A stretch of 63,133 nt of DNA, filler included, from Chiloscyllium plagiosum (GCF_004010195.1; 4 parts of one record of this genome joined end to end with filler, not necessarily neighbours in it); one strand, 5' to 3'. Positions 23,330 through 36,945 are shown, counted from the first letter of the whole stretch. Numbers and translations are program-made. Notes: generated by a model not told the origin, from the sequence alone.

Positions 23330-25560
23330 AGGCACCAGCAACAAATCCCTGGAAATGTGAGGTCCGGAACAGTACGTGGAGCATGAACCTGGAGCAGCGG
23401 ATCAATGACGAGCACTGGAGAAGCATGTGGGAGCTGTTCCCTGGAGCCACGTGAAGGCCCCGATCGCTGGTGCAGTGTGCCTGCCACGGGCTCCAGAGCA
23501 GCGTGTGCCCCGCGTAGTCGGAGCAGTATTCGGCTCCAAGACCTTGAACTGTTCAGGGGCCCTGACCTCCAAAGCAGAGTGTGGGCCACAGGATCTGGCG
23601 CCATGCGTGGGCCATGAGACTTGGAGCAATTTGTGGGTGATCCACGGGCCCTGAAGACATGCATATGCCCCGAACCCATAGCAGTATGTGTGCAACGGGC
23701 CCTAGAGCAGTGTGTGGGCCAACAGCACCGGAGCAGCATATGCACAACGAGCTGTCGAACAGTGTGGGACATGGGGCCTGGAGCTGTGCATGGGCCTTAA
23801 TCCCCGCACCAGCATTTGCGCAGTGTGCGCGCCATGGACATGAAGCAGTGTGTATCACGGGCCGTGTGGCAGTGTGTCTGGCAATAGCTCCAGAGCCCTG
23901 TGTGGTCCACTATCCCTGGAACACTGTGTAGGCCCCTATCCCAGGAGCAGTGTGTGGGCCACTATCCCCATGCAGTGTGAAGGCCAAATGCTCTGGAGCA
24001 TTGTTTGGGCCACAGGGCCTGGAGCAGTCTCTGTGTCATGAGCCCTGTAGCAAGGTAGAATACGGAGCCTGGAGAGTGTCTGGGCCACAGGTCCCGGAGC
24101 AGGATGCAGACCACGAGACCCGAAACAATGAGTAGACCACGACTCTGGAGTGGTGCGGCTGACACAAGACTCGCAGCAGTGTGGGCATCGGGCCCTGGAA
24201 CAGTGTCTCCATCATTCGCATCAGGGAAGAGTTTAGGCCATGATATCAGGAACGAGGAGTGGGCAACAAGCACCAGAGCAATATGCCGGCCACGCTGCCT
24301 GGAGCAGTGCATGCACTGGGGGGCCCTGCAGCAATGTGTATGCCGTGAGCACTGGAGCAGTGTGTGGTCCATGAGCCCCAGAGCACTCTGTGGTCCTCGA
24401 GCTCTGGAACGTCTGTGTGTCATGAGCTCCGGAGCAGTATGTGGGCGAAGGGCCGTTGAGCAGTGTTCGGGCCATGGGTCGTGCAGCAGTGGTAAGCCAC
24501 AGGCCCTGGAGCAGCAGATAGTCCTATAGCCCTGGAACAGCGTGTGGGCCACGAGCACTGGAGACTAGTGGGCCAAGGTTTTGGAGAAGTGTGTGGGCAA
24601 CAGGCCCTGGAGCAGTGGTGTGCCACTGGCCCTGGAGCACAGTGGGGGTCATGAGCCTTGGAGCGGTGTGTTGGCCACGAGCTCCAGAGCAGTGGTGGGC
24701 CACAGGATCTCTAACAGTATGTAGGCTACAGGCTATGCAGTGAGCTGTGGGCGACGGGACCTGGAGCAGTGATGGGCCACGTGGCCTGGCCAAGTGTTTG
24801 GGCCACAGGGTCGAGCGCAGCGTGTTAGCTCCGGATTCTGGAACAGTGCATGGGCCACGGGGCATGGAGAATTGTGTAGGGCTCTGGGCCTGCAGCAGCG
24901 TCTGGCCGACAGGGTGGAGCGCAGCGCGTGATCCACAGGGTCTGGAACAGAGTGTGGGCTGAGGATCTGGAGCAGTGTGTGGACCAAGGGGCCTGGAAAG
25001 TGTGTGAGAAACGGGGCCTGGAGCAGTGTGTGAGCCACGGGCCTGGAGCAGTGTGTGGGCCACAGGGCCGGACGAATTGTCTGGGCCATGGGCTTTGTCG
25101 CAGTGTGTGGGCAAAGACACCCGGAACCATTAATGGGCCACGTGACCCATAGTAGTGTGTTGGACTCAAGCCCTGGACCAGTGTGTACGCCTGGCGTCTG
25201 GAGCACTGCATCGGCCACAGGCCCTGGAGCAGAATGTGGGACTCGAGTCTCAGAGCAGTGTCTGAGCCATGGGGCGTGCATCAGTGTGTGACACATGAGA
25301 CCTGGAGCAGTGCCTGGCCCACGGCCCATAGAGCAGAGTGATGGACACAAACCTCAGAATCTCTTGTGTGCCACTTGTCCTTGAGGAGCGTGTCAGGAAT
25401 TGTCCTGAGGTTATCATGTGGGCCATGATCCTTGGAACAGCATCTCTCCACAGGAGCGTTTCGGCAATGCGTCCTGGAGGTGATAAGGTCTGTTGATCCC
25501 AGAGCTGTCAGTGGGCCGTGAAACACTGGAACAGATGAAGACTGCATGAGCCACAGCAGC
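23330..25560. repeat. Long degenerate GC-rich minisatellite, ~25-26 bp unit (GGAGCAGTGTGTGGGCCACGGGCCT)
   Basis: CTGGAGCAGTGTGTGGGCCAC recurs throughout 2.2 kb. Confidence 0.9.
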
Positions 25561-27119
25561 TTGGGGATGCAGCTCCATCGACGCACACAGGCAGAGAATC
25601 GCAGATGGCACCAGGGCAGCAAAAGCACCAGTGAGCTTACGTTGCACAATTTGTATTCTGGTTACAGATTGGTGCTTAGAGCGGGAGCAGGGTTGACCTT
25701 GGTTGCTGGACTCGATCTGCTGCAAGCGGTCTGACCACGTGCAGAGACCGTGTATTGAGTTTATTTTAATCTTTAACTTGCTTTTCGCCTCTGAATAGTA
25801 ATGCAGCGTCTTGCTCCCCCCACCCCTGTTGGATTCATGAATTGTACCTCGGTATTCGTTCATAAGAGTTGGTTACACCTACAGTGGAATACACATGACA
25901 ATAAAAGGCTATTCCATATTCTGTGTGTGTGAGTGAGTGGCAAATGAGACAGTCTATGTCTTGATTAAACGAATATAATGCCACACTCCGCTGGCTTCCC
26001 CATTTCATGCATTGGAGATGGCAGAGGGCTAAAACGATCAGCAATTCAATCACAGAGAGGGAGGGCAGGTGCTCAAAGCTTTACCCAAATTGAGAAAAAC
26101 ATCGGCACACACACACACACACATTGTTGTGAATAGGATTACAATTGCAATGAGCTCCTCAGAGTGGAGCATGCTCGTGTGGAGTAATGTTCGTGCTTCA
26201 TTTGCAATTTCGAAGTAGTTTGTTCAGGCAATATTCCTGAAACAGAATGGCACATTAAACAGTGTTTCCCGTGCATTTGAAATCATGCCCGTCAGAGCGA
26301 AGCAATTTGAAAAAGGTTGAGATACATATGTTGCACTTTCTCCAATTGCATTTTCTCTTGATGCACTCTTTCTAATTGTAAGGGAGAAAGGACTCAAAAG
26401 TTCTAAAATGTACCTAATGCTGGCATACGGTTCAGCAATATGAATGTTAATCTCGTTCTGTGAATATCACAGGCAGAAGATTGCATGGAATGGGATAAGA
26501 ATTATTCTGTGTCTCCAACGATATGCTTTGAATAACCAAAGACTTTGAAATAACTGAATTTCATAGCATTTGATGACTTCTCAAAATGATTTTTAAAAAT
26601 CTGTACATTAGTCCGGGGTGTTGGGATTCCAGCAACGGAGGGATTGCACAAATTTAAACAGAAAGCAGAGCAACAGAAAGAGAGAGACCAAGGAAAGGCA
26701 TTTGATTCCCATTTCAACTAATTCACCCCCAATACAACAGATACCGAAGTGGAAAGAGATGAAAATACAGAGAGGCACACATTAATGCGTGAATCAGAGA
26801 ATGCATGAACAGGTTCAAGCACATTGAGGCAAACAGCGCTGATGGAATCGTTTCTTTAAGGCAGAGATAGATGTGTTGTTGAATAAGAAGTTGATTAAAG
26901 ATTACAGGAAGAAGGCACGAATAAAGTGTTGAGAAACATGATCAAACAGTAGAACACATTTTTTGGCTATTTAGCTGAATTTTACTCATATTGTTAATGG
27001 TCTTACGCGATCTTGAAACGTATCCTGAGAGTCCAATGAAGGCTAAGGTTGCGGAATATTTGATTGGAAAGTGTATTGCCATAAGGGAGAGATATGTCTG
27101 TCTGAATCGACTATGTGTG

Positions 27120-27410
27120 TTCATAGAAAACCTACAGTATTGAACCAGGCCATTTGGTTCCACAAATCCACAGCAACGCTCCAAAGAGCTTATCAATATC
27201 CTATTCATGGAACTCAGCATGTCCAATGGATAATCAGCCTCATCTGTACATCCATCGTCTCAAAGAGAAAACCAAAACGTCCGCATGAAATCCACATGGA
27301 AACAGGGAGAAATTGCAAACTCTGTATACTCACCCGAGGCTGGAATTGAGCTCAGGTCCCTGGTGCTGTCAGGCAGCATTGCTAAACACTGAGCCATCAC
27401 GACGCATTCC
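27120..27410 (-). mobile_element. Decayed HE1-type SINE
   Basis: GGAATTGAGCTCAGGTCCCTGGTGCTGTCAGGCAGCATTGCTAAACACTGAGCCA. Confidence 0.75.
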
Positions 27411-27754
27411 TAATGGTTGCGCCGTTGTGTTCCAAAAAGTGATGATTTGGAGCAAGAGCAAAACACTTAAAAAATAATGGGTCGCAGATTGAGATAAGGA
27501 TATCTCTCTCTCCTTATTATTGTGCTGTCTGCTGAGTTCTCATATCTCGGGAATAGTGAAGACTCGGTAATTGAAGGTGTTCAAGGCAGCGATTGACTGA
27601 CCGTTGGTGGGCAACGAAGTCAATGCTTATTTGGAATAAATATGGAAGTGTGTCAGCCACACTCTAATCAAACATGGGCATTCTGAATGGTACGCCAGGC
27701 TCGAGTGGCCGACTGGCATACTGTTGGTCTTCCAATATACCCCTCGAGGATGTC

Positions 27755-27836
27755 AGAGAGAGAGAGAGAGAGAGAGAGCGAGAAAGAGAGAGCGAGAGAG
27801 AGAGAGCGTGTGTGCAAGAGAGAGAGAGACAGAGAA
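27755..27836. repeat. (GA)n-rich microsatellite
   Basis: Directly visible. Confidence 0.9.
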
Positions 27837-27974
27837 AGGTCCTGTTCAGACAGTCAGGATCTTCACAATGAGACTGGAGGAGGCCAATGTTGCTCTCTAA
27901 GGATTCATACAGTGATAGAATGAAGAAAATGGGAAATTGGAAGCCTTCATAAATTAGATAACGAGAATCCAGAG

Positions 27975-29868
27975 AACGTATATTCCTGTCAGGGTGAAAG
28001 GGAAGGCTGGTAGGTATAGGGAATACTGGATGACTAAAGATGTTGAGGGTTTGGTTAAGAGAAAGAAGGAAGTATATGCCAGGTATAGACATGATAGAGC
28101 GAGTGAATCCTTAGAAGTGTATAAAGAAAGTATGTGTATACTTAGGAGGGAAATCAGGAGGGCAAATGGGGACATGAGATAGCTTTGGCAAATATATTTA
28201 AGGAGAATCCAAAGGTTTTTTTACAAATATATTAAGGACAAAAGGGTAACTAGGGAGAGAATAGGGCCCCTCACAGATCAGCAAGGTGGCCTTTGTGTGG
28301 AGCCACAAAAAACGGGGAGATTCTAAATGAATATTTTTCATAAGTATTTATTGTGGAAATGGGTATGGACGATATAGACAGTGACATCTTGCAAAATGTC
28401 CAGATTACAGAGGAGGAAGTGCTGGATGTCTTGGAACGGCGAAAGGTGGATAAATCCCCAGGACCTGATCAGATGTACCCGAGAACTCTGTGGGAAGCGA
28501 GAGAAGTGACTTCTGGGCCCCTTGCTGAGATATTTGTATTATCGATAGTCACAGGTGAGGTGCCAGAAGACTGGGGGTTGGCAAACGTGGTGCTACTGTT
28601 TAAGAAGGTCGTTAAAGACAAGTCAGGGAACTATAGACCGGTGAGCCTGACCTTGGTAGTGAGCAAGTTGTTGGAGGGAATCCTGACGGACAGGATGTAC
28701 ATGTATGTGGAAAGGCAAGGACTGATTCGGGATAGTCAACATGGCTTTGTGCGTGGGAAACCATGTCTCACAAACTTGATTGAGTTTTTTGAAGAAGTAA
28801 CAAAGAAGATTGATGAGGGCAGAGCGGTGAATGAGATCCATATGGACTTCAGTAAGACGTTCGAAAAGGTTCCCCATGGGAGACTGATTAGCAAGGTTAG
28901 ATCTCATGGAATACAGGTAGAATTAGCCATTTGGACACAGAACTGGCTCAAAAGTAGAAGACCGAGGGTCGTGGTGGAGGGTTGTTTTCAGACTGGAGGC
29001 CTGTGACCAGTGGAGTGCCGCAAGGATCGGTGCTGGACCCTCTACTTATTGTCATTTACATAAATGATTTGGATGTGAGCATAAGAGGTACAGTTAGTAA
29101 CTTTGCAGATGACACCAAAATTGGAGGTGGAGTGGACAGCGAAGAGGGTTACCTCAGGTTCCAACAGGATCTGGACCAGATGGGCCAATGGGCTGAGAAG
29201 TGGCATTTGAAGTTTAAATCAGATAAATGCGGGGTGCTGAATTTTGGGAAAGCAAATCTTAGCGTGACTTATACACTTAATGTAANNNNNNNNNNNNNNN
29301 NNNNNNNNNNNNNNNNNNNNNNNNNNNNNNNNNNNNNNNNNNNNNNNNNNNNNNNNNNNNNNNNNNNNNTTGAAAGGGTTCAGAAAAGATTGACAAGGAT
29401 GTTGCTAGGGTTCGAGGGTCTGAGCTACAGGGAGAGGCTAAACAGGCTGGGGCTGTTTTTCCTGGAGCGTCGGAGGCTGAGGGGTGACCTTACAGATGTT
29501 AACAAAATTTTGAGGGGCATGGATAGGATAAATAGACAAAGTCTGTTCCCTGGGGTCAGGGAGTCCAGAACTAGAGTGCATAGGTTTAGGGTGAGGGGAC
29601 AAATATAAAAGAGACCGAAGGGGGAAAGTTTTCACGCGAGGGTGGCACGTGTGTGGAATGAGCTGACAGAGGATGTGGTGCAGGCTGGTACAATTACAAC
29701 ATTTAAGAGGCATTTGGATGGGTATATGAATAGGAAGGGTTTGGAGGGATATGGGCCAGGTGCTGGCAGGTGGAACTACTTTGGGTTGGGATATCTTTTT
29801 TGGCATGGACGGATGGGACCGAAGGGTCTGTTTTCATGCTGTATATCTCTATGACTCTATGACTCTAT
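27975..29868 (+). mobile_element. CR1 LINE ORF2 (RT domain) plus 3' UTR, 5'-truncated and frameshifted
   Basis: KSPGPD, NYRPVSLT, SQHGFVRGK, DFSKTFEKVPH, GVPQGSVL and FADDTK motifs, with a (CTATGACT)n tail. Confidence 0.96.
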
Positions 29869-29929
29869 TCGGCTGTCTGAGTACATTGCATAGCACAGGA
29901 TGAAGTCAATTGACCTTTCCAGGCTGTTA

Positions 29930-31330
29930 CACATGAAGATGGGCGCCCTGGTTAGCGAACATCGAATAGAGAGTAGAGATTAATGTTTATTTTCCTTTTG
30001 GAAAACAACAACTAGTGACTTGCTGTAGGATCAGAATGATGTCATCAACGATTTGAAAAATATATAAATGATTTGGATTAAGACTGAAAGGATTGTAGCT
30101 CAATTAGCACATATACTAAAAAACACATTTAATGAATTTTCAAGTGGAGGCAGAGCTGGGATGTCGGCCGGGGTAGTTATTCCGGAGACGTCCATTTGAA
30201 AACGTGACGGGATGACGAAGTAACAATAAATACAGACAGATGTGGCAGAACTCTGGTACAGAAAGGAATAGCCTGTCGTCACACATGATTCACATAACGT
30301 TTGTCTTTAGTTTCAACAAGTGATTTAGAAAATATATTGAATGGTATTTTCATTTTTTGCAAACATTACCAGGTATAATAGTTGGAAAAATTTATTACAT
30401 CAGTTGAGAGCCTTGCTGAGACCTCAACTGATTCACTGTGTGCAGCTTTGATATGAAGACAAGGGAAAAAATGCAATTGTTTTAGAAGATTTCCAAGAAT
30501 GATTCGCTTTTCTGGTTCCTGAAATGAAGGCTTTATGGTATGAAAGATTAACACTTTTGTCTTGAGAATGAGAGATATATTTATTGATCCATATATAATC
30601 TTTAGAAGATGGTATCGGGAACAAATCTGCTAATTAATTATCTTGTACTCAGACTTAAACGAGGGTTTAAAATTTAATAATGAAGAATGCATTAACACAT
30701 ACATTATGAAATGATGCAATTTCTAAAAGAAAAATACACGGCACCAAAGTCAATAGCATTCAAATTATAAAGTGGGAAGTTTTGTGTTAAGAAAGAGGAA
30801 CTTGTGTCAACTGCAACAATGACACATCTGCGCAGAGCAGGAATCAGGAACGGAGTCACACAGTTTCCTCGATACAAAAGGAGATCTGACATGGTCCAGA
30901 ATGGTTTTTGGATAACATTATTATATATTTCATAACGTGGGAGAAAATGTGAGCAGCTTGAAGATCTGTGCAAGTTCACAATGCAACTACATAGCCGAGT
31001 CTCTTCAGAACATCTGTCAATCGATATGGAGGTGTCGCAGTGGCGTGTAACTTATCAGGAATCATATGTCTTGTATATGTGATTCGGTTCTGTTAAGGAA
31101 ATAATGTGCTTGCCCATAAGCCACATGTTCCAATGCATTTGCCTCTTATTGTCCCTCTGCAATGTCAATTCAACAACGATTTGTTTCACACACTGTTCAT
31201 GATATGGTCATCCCAGATTTAGTTGGGCAGAAGTGCTTTGCACTCTCTCTGGGGAAGGACATCATTCCTCATAAAGGAGACTAAATCAGAACACAATGTC
31301 CCAAATACTCTCTCACCAAGACCTTTTCCG
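29930..31330. mobile_element. Highly decayed CR1 fragments in both orientations
   Basis: Residual TATATAAATGATTTGGA (YINDL) and 3'-end-like motifs. Confidence 0.4.
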
Positions 31331-31399
31331 TCATTTTTACCCTATTTTTAGTTCTTATGTTTTACTTAAAACTTAAATCCGTCTCTGCACACGGCGCAT

Positions 31400-31745
31400 T
31401 GGGCGGCACAGTGGCTCAGTGGACAGGACTGCCGAGTCGAAACGTCAGGGATCATTTAGAACCTCTGGTAAATGTCTGTGTGGAATTTGCACATTTTTCC
31501 CATGTTTGTGTGGTTTTCCTCTCGTGCATCGGTTTCCTCCACCAATTTAAAGTTGTGCAGTTTGGTGATTTGGCTATTCTAAATCTTCCTTCGTGTTCCA
31601 GAATGTGCAAATTGGTGTGTTTGTCAGAGGCAGACGCAAATGAAAAGTGTCGGAGAATGGGTATTGGGGGTTACTCTTAAGAGGGCCGGCGTGGACTTTA
31701 TTAGGCCAATTGACCTGTTTAAACACTGTTGGGGTTCTATGATTG
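31400..31745 (+). mobile_element. Decayed HE1-type SINE
   Basis: GGGCGGCACAGTGGCTCAGTGG...TGTGGAATTTGCACATTTTTCCCATG. Confidence 0.75.
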
Positions 31746-33281
31746 ATCTTCCTCTTGCACCTTGCACCATTTTCCACATCTGCGCATCAATGCAAACAAC
31801 ACTAGAGGTGCGATCTGTAGACAAGGGTGCTCACGGTGGAAACTGAGAGTGAACAAATCCTCTTGAAATAGTGAACTGTTACATAACTGAATGAAAATAA
31901 GTTGCAGTGTTACAAGTCAAAATATGCCAAGGAGGTTGCTCAGATACTCTTCTTTCTCTGATTTCAAGGCAAGCGTGATGTGTTGCATTCTGGATGCAAT
32001 TCGATTGGTTAAACAACAGGGCTTTCGGGAAAGGCACACTTTATCACATACACTACGATTAAAATACAGACATAATAAAACTAAATGAATTGTTTTAACT
32101 ATGACCGTATCATATTAAATAACAAAACTATATATCATTTGCCTAAAACTAATTGAGTATTCCAATGCAGCTGTATCTTCCAAACAGCCGTGCCAAATGC
32201 ATATACACAGGATAACTCGAAAGCACAAATCCAGCACGAAGGAGAGGACCGTTTTTGCAGACAGAGAGGTGGATATCCTGCAAATTCCCTGTATCCAATG
32301 GTAAAGCAATACAAACAAACATCAAATGTGCTTAACTCCACCCAATTATGCTTTTTTTCTCAGAATAAAAGTGAGCTACATTGCAGAGCAGACGGCTTGT
32401 CTCCAAATTTACAACACTTGCTTTCAAAGAAATATGACAGAGGAAATCTTTCTGAAAGGCTTATCTCATAGCAGACAGCGGAGGAGGATTAAGTATATTT
32501 TGCTACATTTTCTTGCGATGTGTGCATCCCAAGCAAGGTCAGAACTTTACACGCAACATGATTTTTTCCCTTGAAATGAGTGCCTTGTTCGTCTATTCTA
32601 CAGAATAGGAAAGAATCAAACACATTTTTGCGGGTCTGCATTTACGCAGACACTTGACCAAGGGAAGAATAACACATTGCCTTCACTCAATGGAAAGAAT
32701 AGAGCACGTTTCTTTTCTCCACAGCAAATGCCTTCATAGTATCTCTTTAATCTCCTCCAATTTCCTTCATGGAATATGAATTAATAATGACACCATATTA
32801 TAGCCCATGGCTTCCATGTTGCTTAACAATGTCCTGACCAACGTGCAAATGTTTACCATTGACAGATGCTGTGGAAATATAAACACTTTCCGGAGTAAAT
32901 GTTTTGTGAGTGGAAGATGGGCGAGAGAGTATTGGAACAATGGAATACAGATTTAATAAAGGCACAGTACCGTAACTGCACTGAAGCTCACTTGGAGACT
33001 GCAATATTATGGTTCTGGTCGTTAAGTGAAACAGAAAGCAGTGCAGAGAGAGAAAGGATCATAGATTTTTTTTATAGTCTGAATTCCTCTAATACATTTG
33101 GTTATTTTGTAATGGGAGTAATGAGCAATCAGCAATCAGTGTTAAAATTTTTATTTTGAAATTTTCAAGGAATTACGTTTTGATTGGAGCTGAAGGTATT
33201 GACGACAATCCTTGCAAAACTTCAATATAATGAGCAGAAATTCAGTTCTACCCGATTTAATAAACAGATAGAGTGACTTAC

Positions 33282-33455
33282 CAGGAATCCCAACAATAGC
33301 GAGTGTGGGATAATAATCACTTTGGACAACATAAATTATACCCAAAATCCGTGATGCTAATGACATCCAATCCTGAGAAAGCAAGTAAGACCCAAGGATA
33401 ACCTTCTGCCCATTCTATGAACATTCCAGTTCAATGTTCTCAGATTCTGATCCAT
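33282..33455 (-). pseudogene. GPR139-like GPCR exon 1 (N-terminus to TM1 start)
   Basis: ...SRILGIIYVVQSDYYPTLAIVGIP G|GTAAGT is a phase-1 donor matching the phase-1 acceptor at 16593. The ATG at 33455 is out of frame; an in-frame ATG lies at 33366. Confidence 0.8.
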
Positions 33456-33864
33456 TGCTGTAACATTCCAGTCTATCGTTCTCAGATTTTCTCTCACTCT
33501 CTCTCTCTCTCGATGCTGATCCTTGTTGGCATAGAAAGTGATGGTGATACTGAAACGATGGTAGAACACATCGAAAGGAAGCCTTTATTTACTGACAAGG
33601 GAAACCTTTCAAGGCATATTGAAAATCCATGGAAACTGACATTAAACACGACCACTAAACAAACAAGTTAAATTAATCCCTTTTGATTTCATACTTTTTC
33701 GTTTAAAAGTCAAAATAATATAGGTAATCTACATATTCAGGGTGAAGTATATTTTTGGGACACTGAGTACAGGAATGCTGAACATAGTGGAGTGATTATC
33801 TATCATTATTCAATCTAACTTGCACAAGAAATATGGAGGGGCTGATGTTGGACTGGTGTGTTGA

Positions 33865-34825
33865 AACGTAAAAATCACAAAACACCACTTCCTCGTCTAA
33901 TAGCTTTAATTGGAAGTGCAAGCTTTCGGAGCGCTGCTCATTGTTCAGTAAGATAGTGGAGCAGGACCATTGGACTATAAATTTACAGTAAAAGATCAAG
34001 TTGTCATACAACTTCAAGATGTATTAACCGAACGTAAATCGCTGTGAAGGCTTCAATCATTTAGAATGGGTTGCATGTTTTAAATCATTTTTATGCAAAT
34101 TCCAGAACTCTTTTCTAATCACATTCCCGAGATAACTTACGGTTCCTTTTCTTTGAAAAGCAAATATGACATCTCAACTCAGGCAATTCATTAATGGTGC
34201 AAGGTTAGCGCCTGTCTGTATTCAACCTTGAGTCAGACCGTTTATATTGCGAAAACAAGAATTTGTGAAATGTCACATGGACTGACTGTCAACAGGTTGT
34301 ATACTTTCTGAACAAAATAGAATGTATATGCGACTACAACTCTGCAAATGCAAATTCATCACGAAACATGTATATTTTTGTGTGTGCACATTGGAATGAC
34401 GGTGTGGCAGAGTGATGAACTGTGTGGATGTGTGTGTGTCTGTCTGTGTGGGTGAGGAAATAGAGAGAGTGTGTGTGGCATTGTGGTGTAATAGATGCCG
34501 GTGAAATTGTGTTGGCATGAGTATGAGTGTGGATGTTTGAGTGAGCCTGAGAGACAATGAAATTCTCTCACAAAACTCTCTCTCTCAGACTCACATATTC
34601 CCACATCACAATCATTTGCACATCTGCTTCCAGGCGTCCACTCCATCAAACTCGTGCACACACGCACTCACACATTCTCCACCTCTCTATCACTCTCACT
34701 CTCTCAGACATTATCTCTCTGTGTTTTTGTCTCATTCTGTACCGTCCTCACAAGTATGCATGCGCACATATGGGACTGTGGTGTGAATTTGCATTTGCAG
34801 AATCTTATTCGTAATTGCTCAAAGC
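33865..34825 (-). mobile_element. Decayed PLE (family C) 3' region with a degenerate hammerhead and an inverted arm
   Basis: Minus CTGAACA-ATGAGCAGCGCTCC-GAAAGCTT at 33917-33949. TCTGCAAATGCAAATTCA at 34340-34357 is inverted at 34784-34801. Confidence 0.55.
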
Positions 34826-35159
34826 AAGTTAGACAATTCAATGCACTCTGTCTGTGGGAGGTTGTGGGAGATTATAAAACAGCAAGTGTGATCCCACAGT
34901 TTCAAAAGGAGATGGGCGAGAAACGGGTTACTACAGCGAGTTAGCTCAACTTCAGTCGTGGCGAAAATGCTTGAATGTACCATCAATGAACAGAAATCAA
35001 ATCCTGGGAATAAAATGGCATTTATCTGATTCGCCATCAATGGCTTCTGGTGTGCCTCAGGGATCAATGTTGGGACCATAACTGCTTGCATTTTAAGGAG
35101 ATAATTTGAAGTTCTGCACCAAGTGTGATGTGTCAAAGTTCAGAGTGGACACGAAGATG

Positions 35160-35950
35160 ATCTTATCTAAGCTGCTGGTTGCACCATAGATGAGGCATTT
35201 AATCAGCTGGTCACACCGAAGGTGCATTTAGAGATTGGTTGGGTGATCACAAGGAAAGCCAAAAGGAGTGTAGATGAGCAGAGGGGTGTCGGTGTCCATG
35301 TACAATGACCTGGAAAGTTGTCAATTACATTTAGGTAGTTGTTAAGAAGGCATATGGTGTGTTAGCTTTTATTGGTGGAGCTATGTGTTTCAGAGCAACG
35401 AGGTCATGCTCCAGCTGTACAAAACTCTGATGCCGCCTCAATTGGAATATTGCGGACAGTTCTGTTCGCCCAATTACATGAAGGTTGTGAAGTATTGTAT
35501 ATGGTGCAGAGAAGATTTACTGGGATGTTACCTCATATGAAAGGAATGTCTTAGGATCAAAGGTTGATGCGATTGAGTCTGTTTTCTTCGGAGTGGAAAA
35601 GGTGGAGGGGTGAATTAATAGAGACATACAAGATCATGAGACAATTAGATAGTGTGGACAGTGAGAGCCGATTTCCTCGGATGGTGATGGTTCATAAGAG
35701 GGCGCATTGCATTAAATTGAGATGTAATAGTTCTCGGGAACATGTTAGAGATAGGTCCTTTACTCAGACAATAGTAAGGCCGTGAAACGTTCTGCCTGCC
35801 ACAGTAGTAGACTCGCCAAATTTTAGGGCATTTAAATACTCATTGCACAAACAAATCGATGATGATGGAGTAGTGCAGGTTATATAGACTTTCTAATGGT
35901 TTCACAGGTCGGTGCAACAACGAGGACCGAAGGCTCTAGTTTCCTTGTTA
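35160..35950 (+). mobile_element. Decayed CR1 3' region
   Basis: VQRRFTGMLP, RGELIETYKIMR and SFTQ motifs. Confidence 0.8.
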
Positions 35951-36610
35951 TATGTGCTAATGCTTTTTCAAAGAAAAAGCCATCTATAGCAATAAATACC
36001 AACCATTTCATCGAAAATATTTAGGTTGAAACTACAAGTTGGCTGATGCTAAGCATGTGCAGGAATCCAACGGCGCGTTGAAACATTATGCAGTTCGAAC
36101 TGCAGGGAAANNNNNNNNNNNNNNNNNNNNNNNNNNNNNNNNNNNNNNNNNNNNNNNNNNNNNNNNNNNNNNNNNNNNNNNNNNNNNNNNNNNNNNNNNN
36201 NNNNNNNNNNNNNNNNNNNNNNNNNNNNNNNNNNNNNNNNNNNNNNNNNNNNNNNNNNNNNNNNNNNNNNNNNNNNNNNNNNNNNNNNNNNNNNNNNNNN
36301 NNNNNNNNNNNNNNNNNNNNNNNNNNNNNNNNNNNNNNNNNNNNNNNNNNNNNNNNNNNNNNNNNNNNNNNNNNNNNNNNNNNNNNNNNNNNNNNNNNNN
36401 NNNNNNNNNNNNNNNNNNNNNNNNNNNNNNNNNNNNNNNNNNNNNNNNNNNNNNNNNNNNNNNNNNNNNNNNNNNNNNNNNNNNNNNNNNNNNNNNNNNN
36501 NNNNNNNNNNNNNNNNNNNNNNNNNNNNNNNNNNNNNNNNNNNNNNNNNNNNNNNNNNNNNNNNNNNNNNNNNNNNNNNNNNNNNNNNNNNNNNNNNNNN
36601 NNNNNNNNNN

Positions 36611-36945
36611 GGCCTCAATAGGGTAAAAAGGCAAGGTTATTTCCCTGTGGTGGGGGACTCCAGAAGCAGATGGCATGTTTTAAAGTTGAGAGGGCAACAT
36701 AAAAGGGACCTCAGAGGAACATTTTTCACGCAGAGGGCACTGTGTACATGAGCTGCCAGGGGAAGTAGTGGAGGCTGGTACAATTACAACATTTAAAAGG
36801 TATCTGGGTGGGTGTAGGAATTAAAAAGGGTTCAGAGGAACATAGGCCAGATTCTGACCAATAGGATGAGATTTACATCGGATATCAGTTCGGCATGGAT
36901 GTGTTGGCCTGAATGATTTGTTTCTGAGCTTATATTGCTCTGAGT
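36611..36945 (+). mobile_element. CR1 3' end
   Basis: TTTTTCACGCAGAGGG...GGTACAATTACAACATTTAAAAGG. Confidence 0.8.

Noticed and set aside
23281..25350. Many overlapping 100-200 aa ORFs
   Set aside because: Products of a stop-poor GC-rich tandem repeat with no recognisable domain.
28353..29608. Active reverse transcriptase gene
   Set aside because: 5'-truncated, frameshifted CR1 copy.
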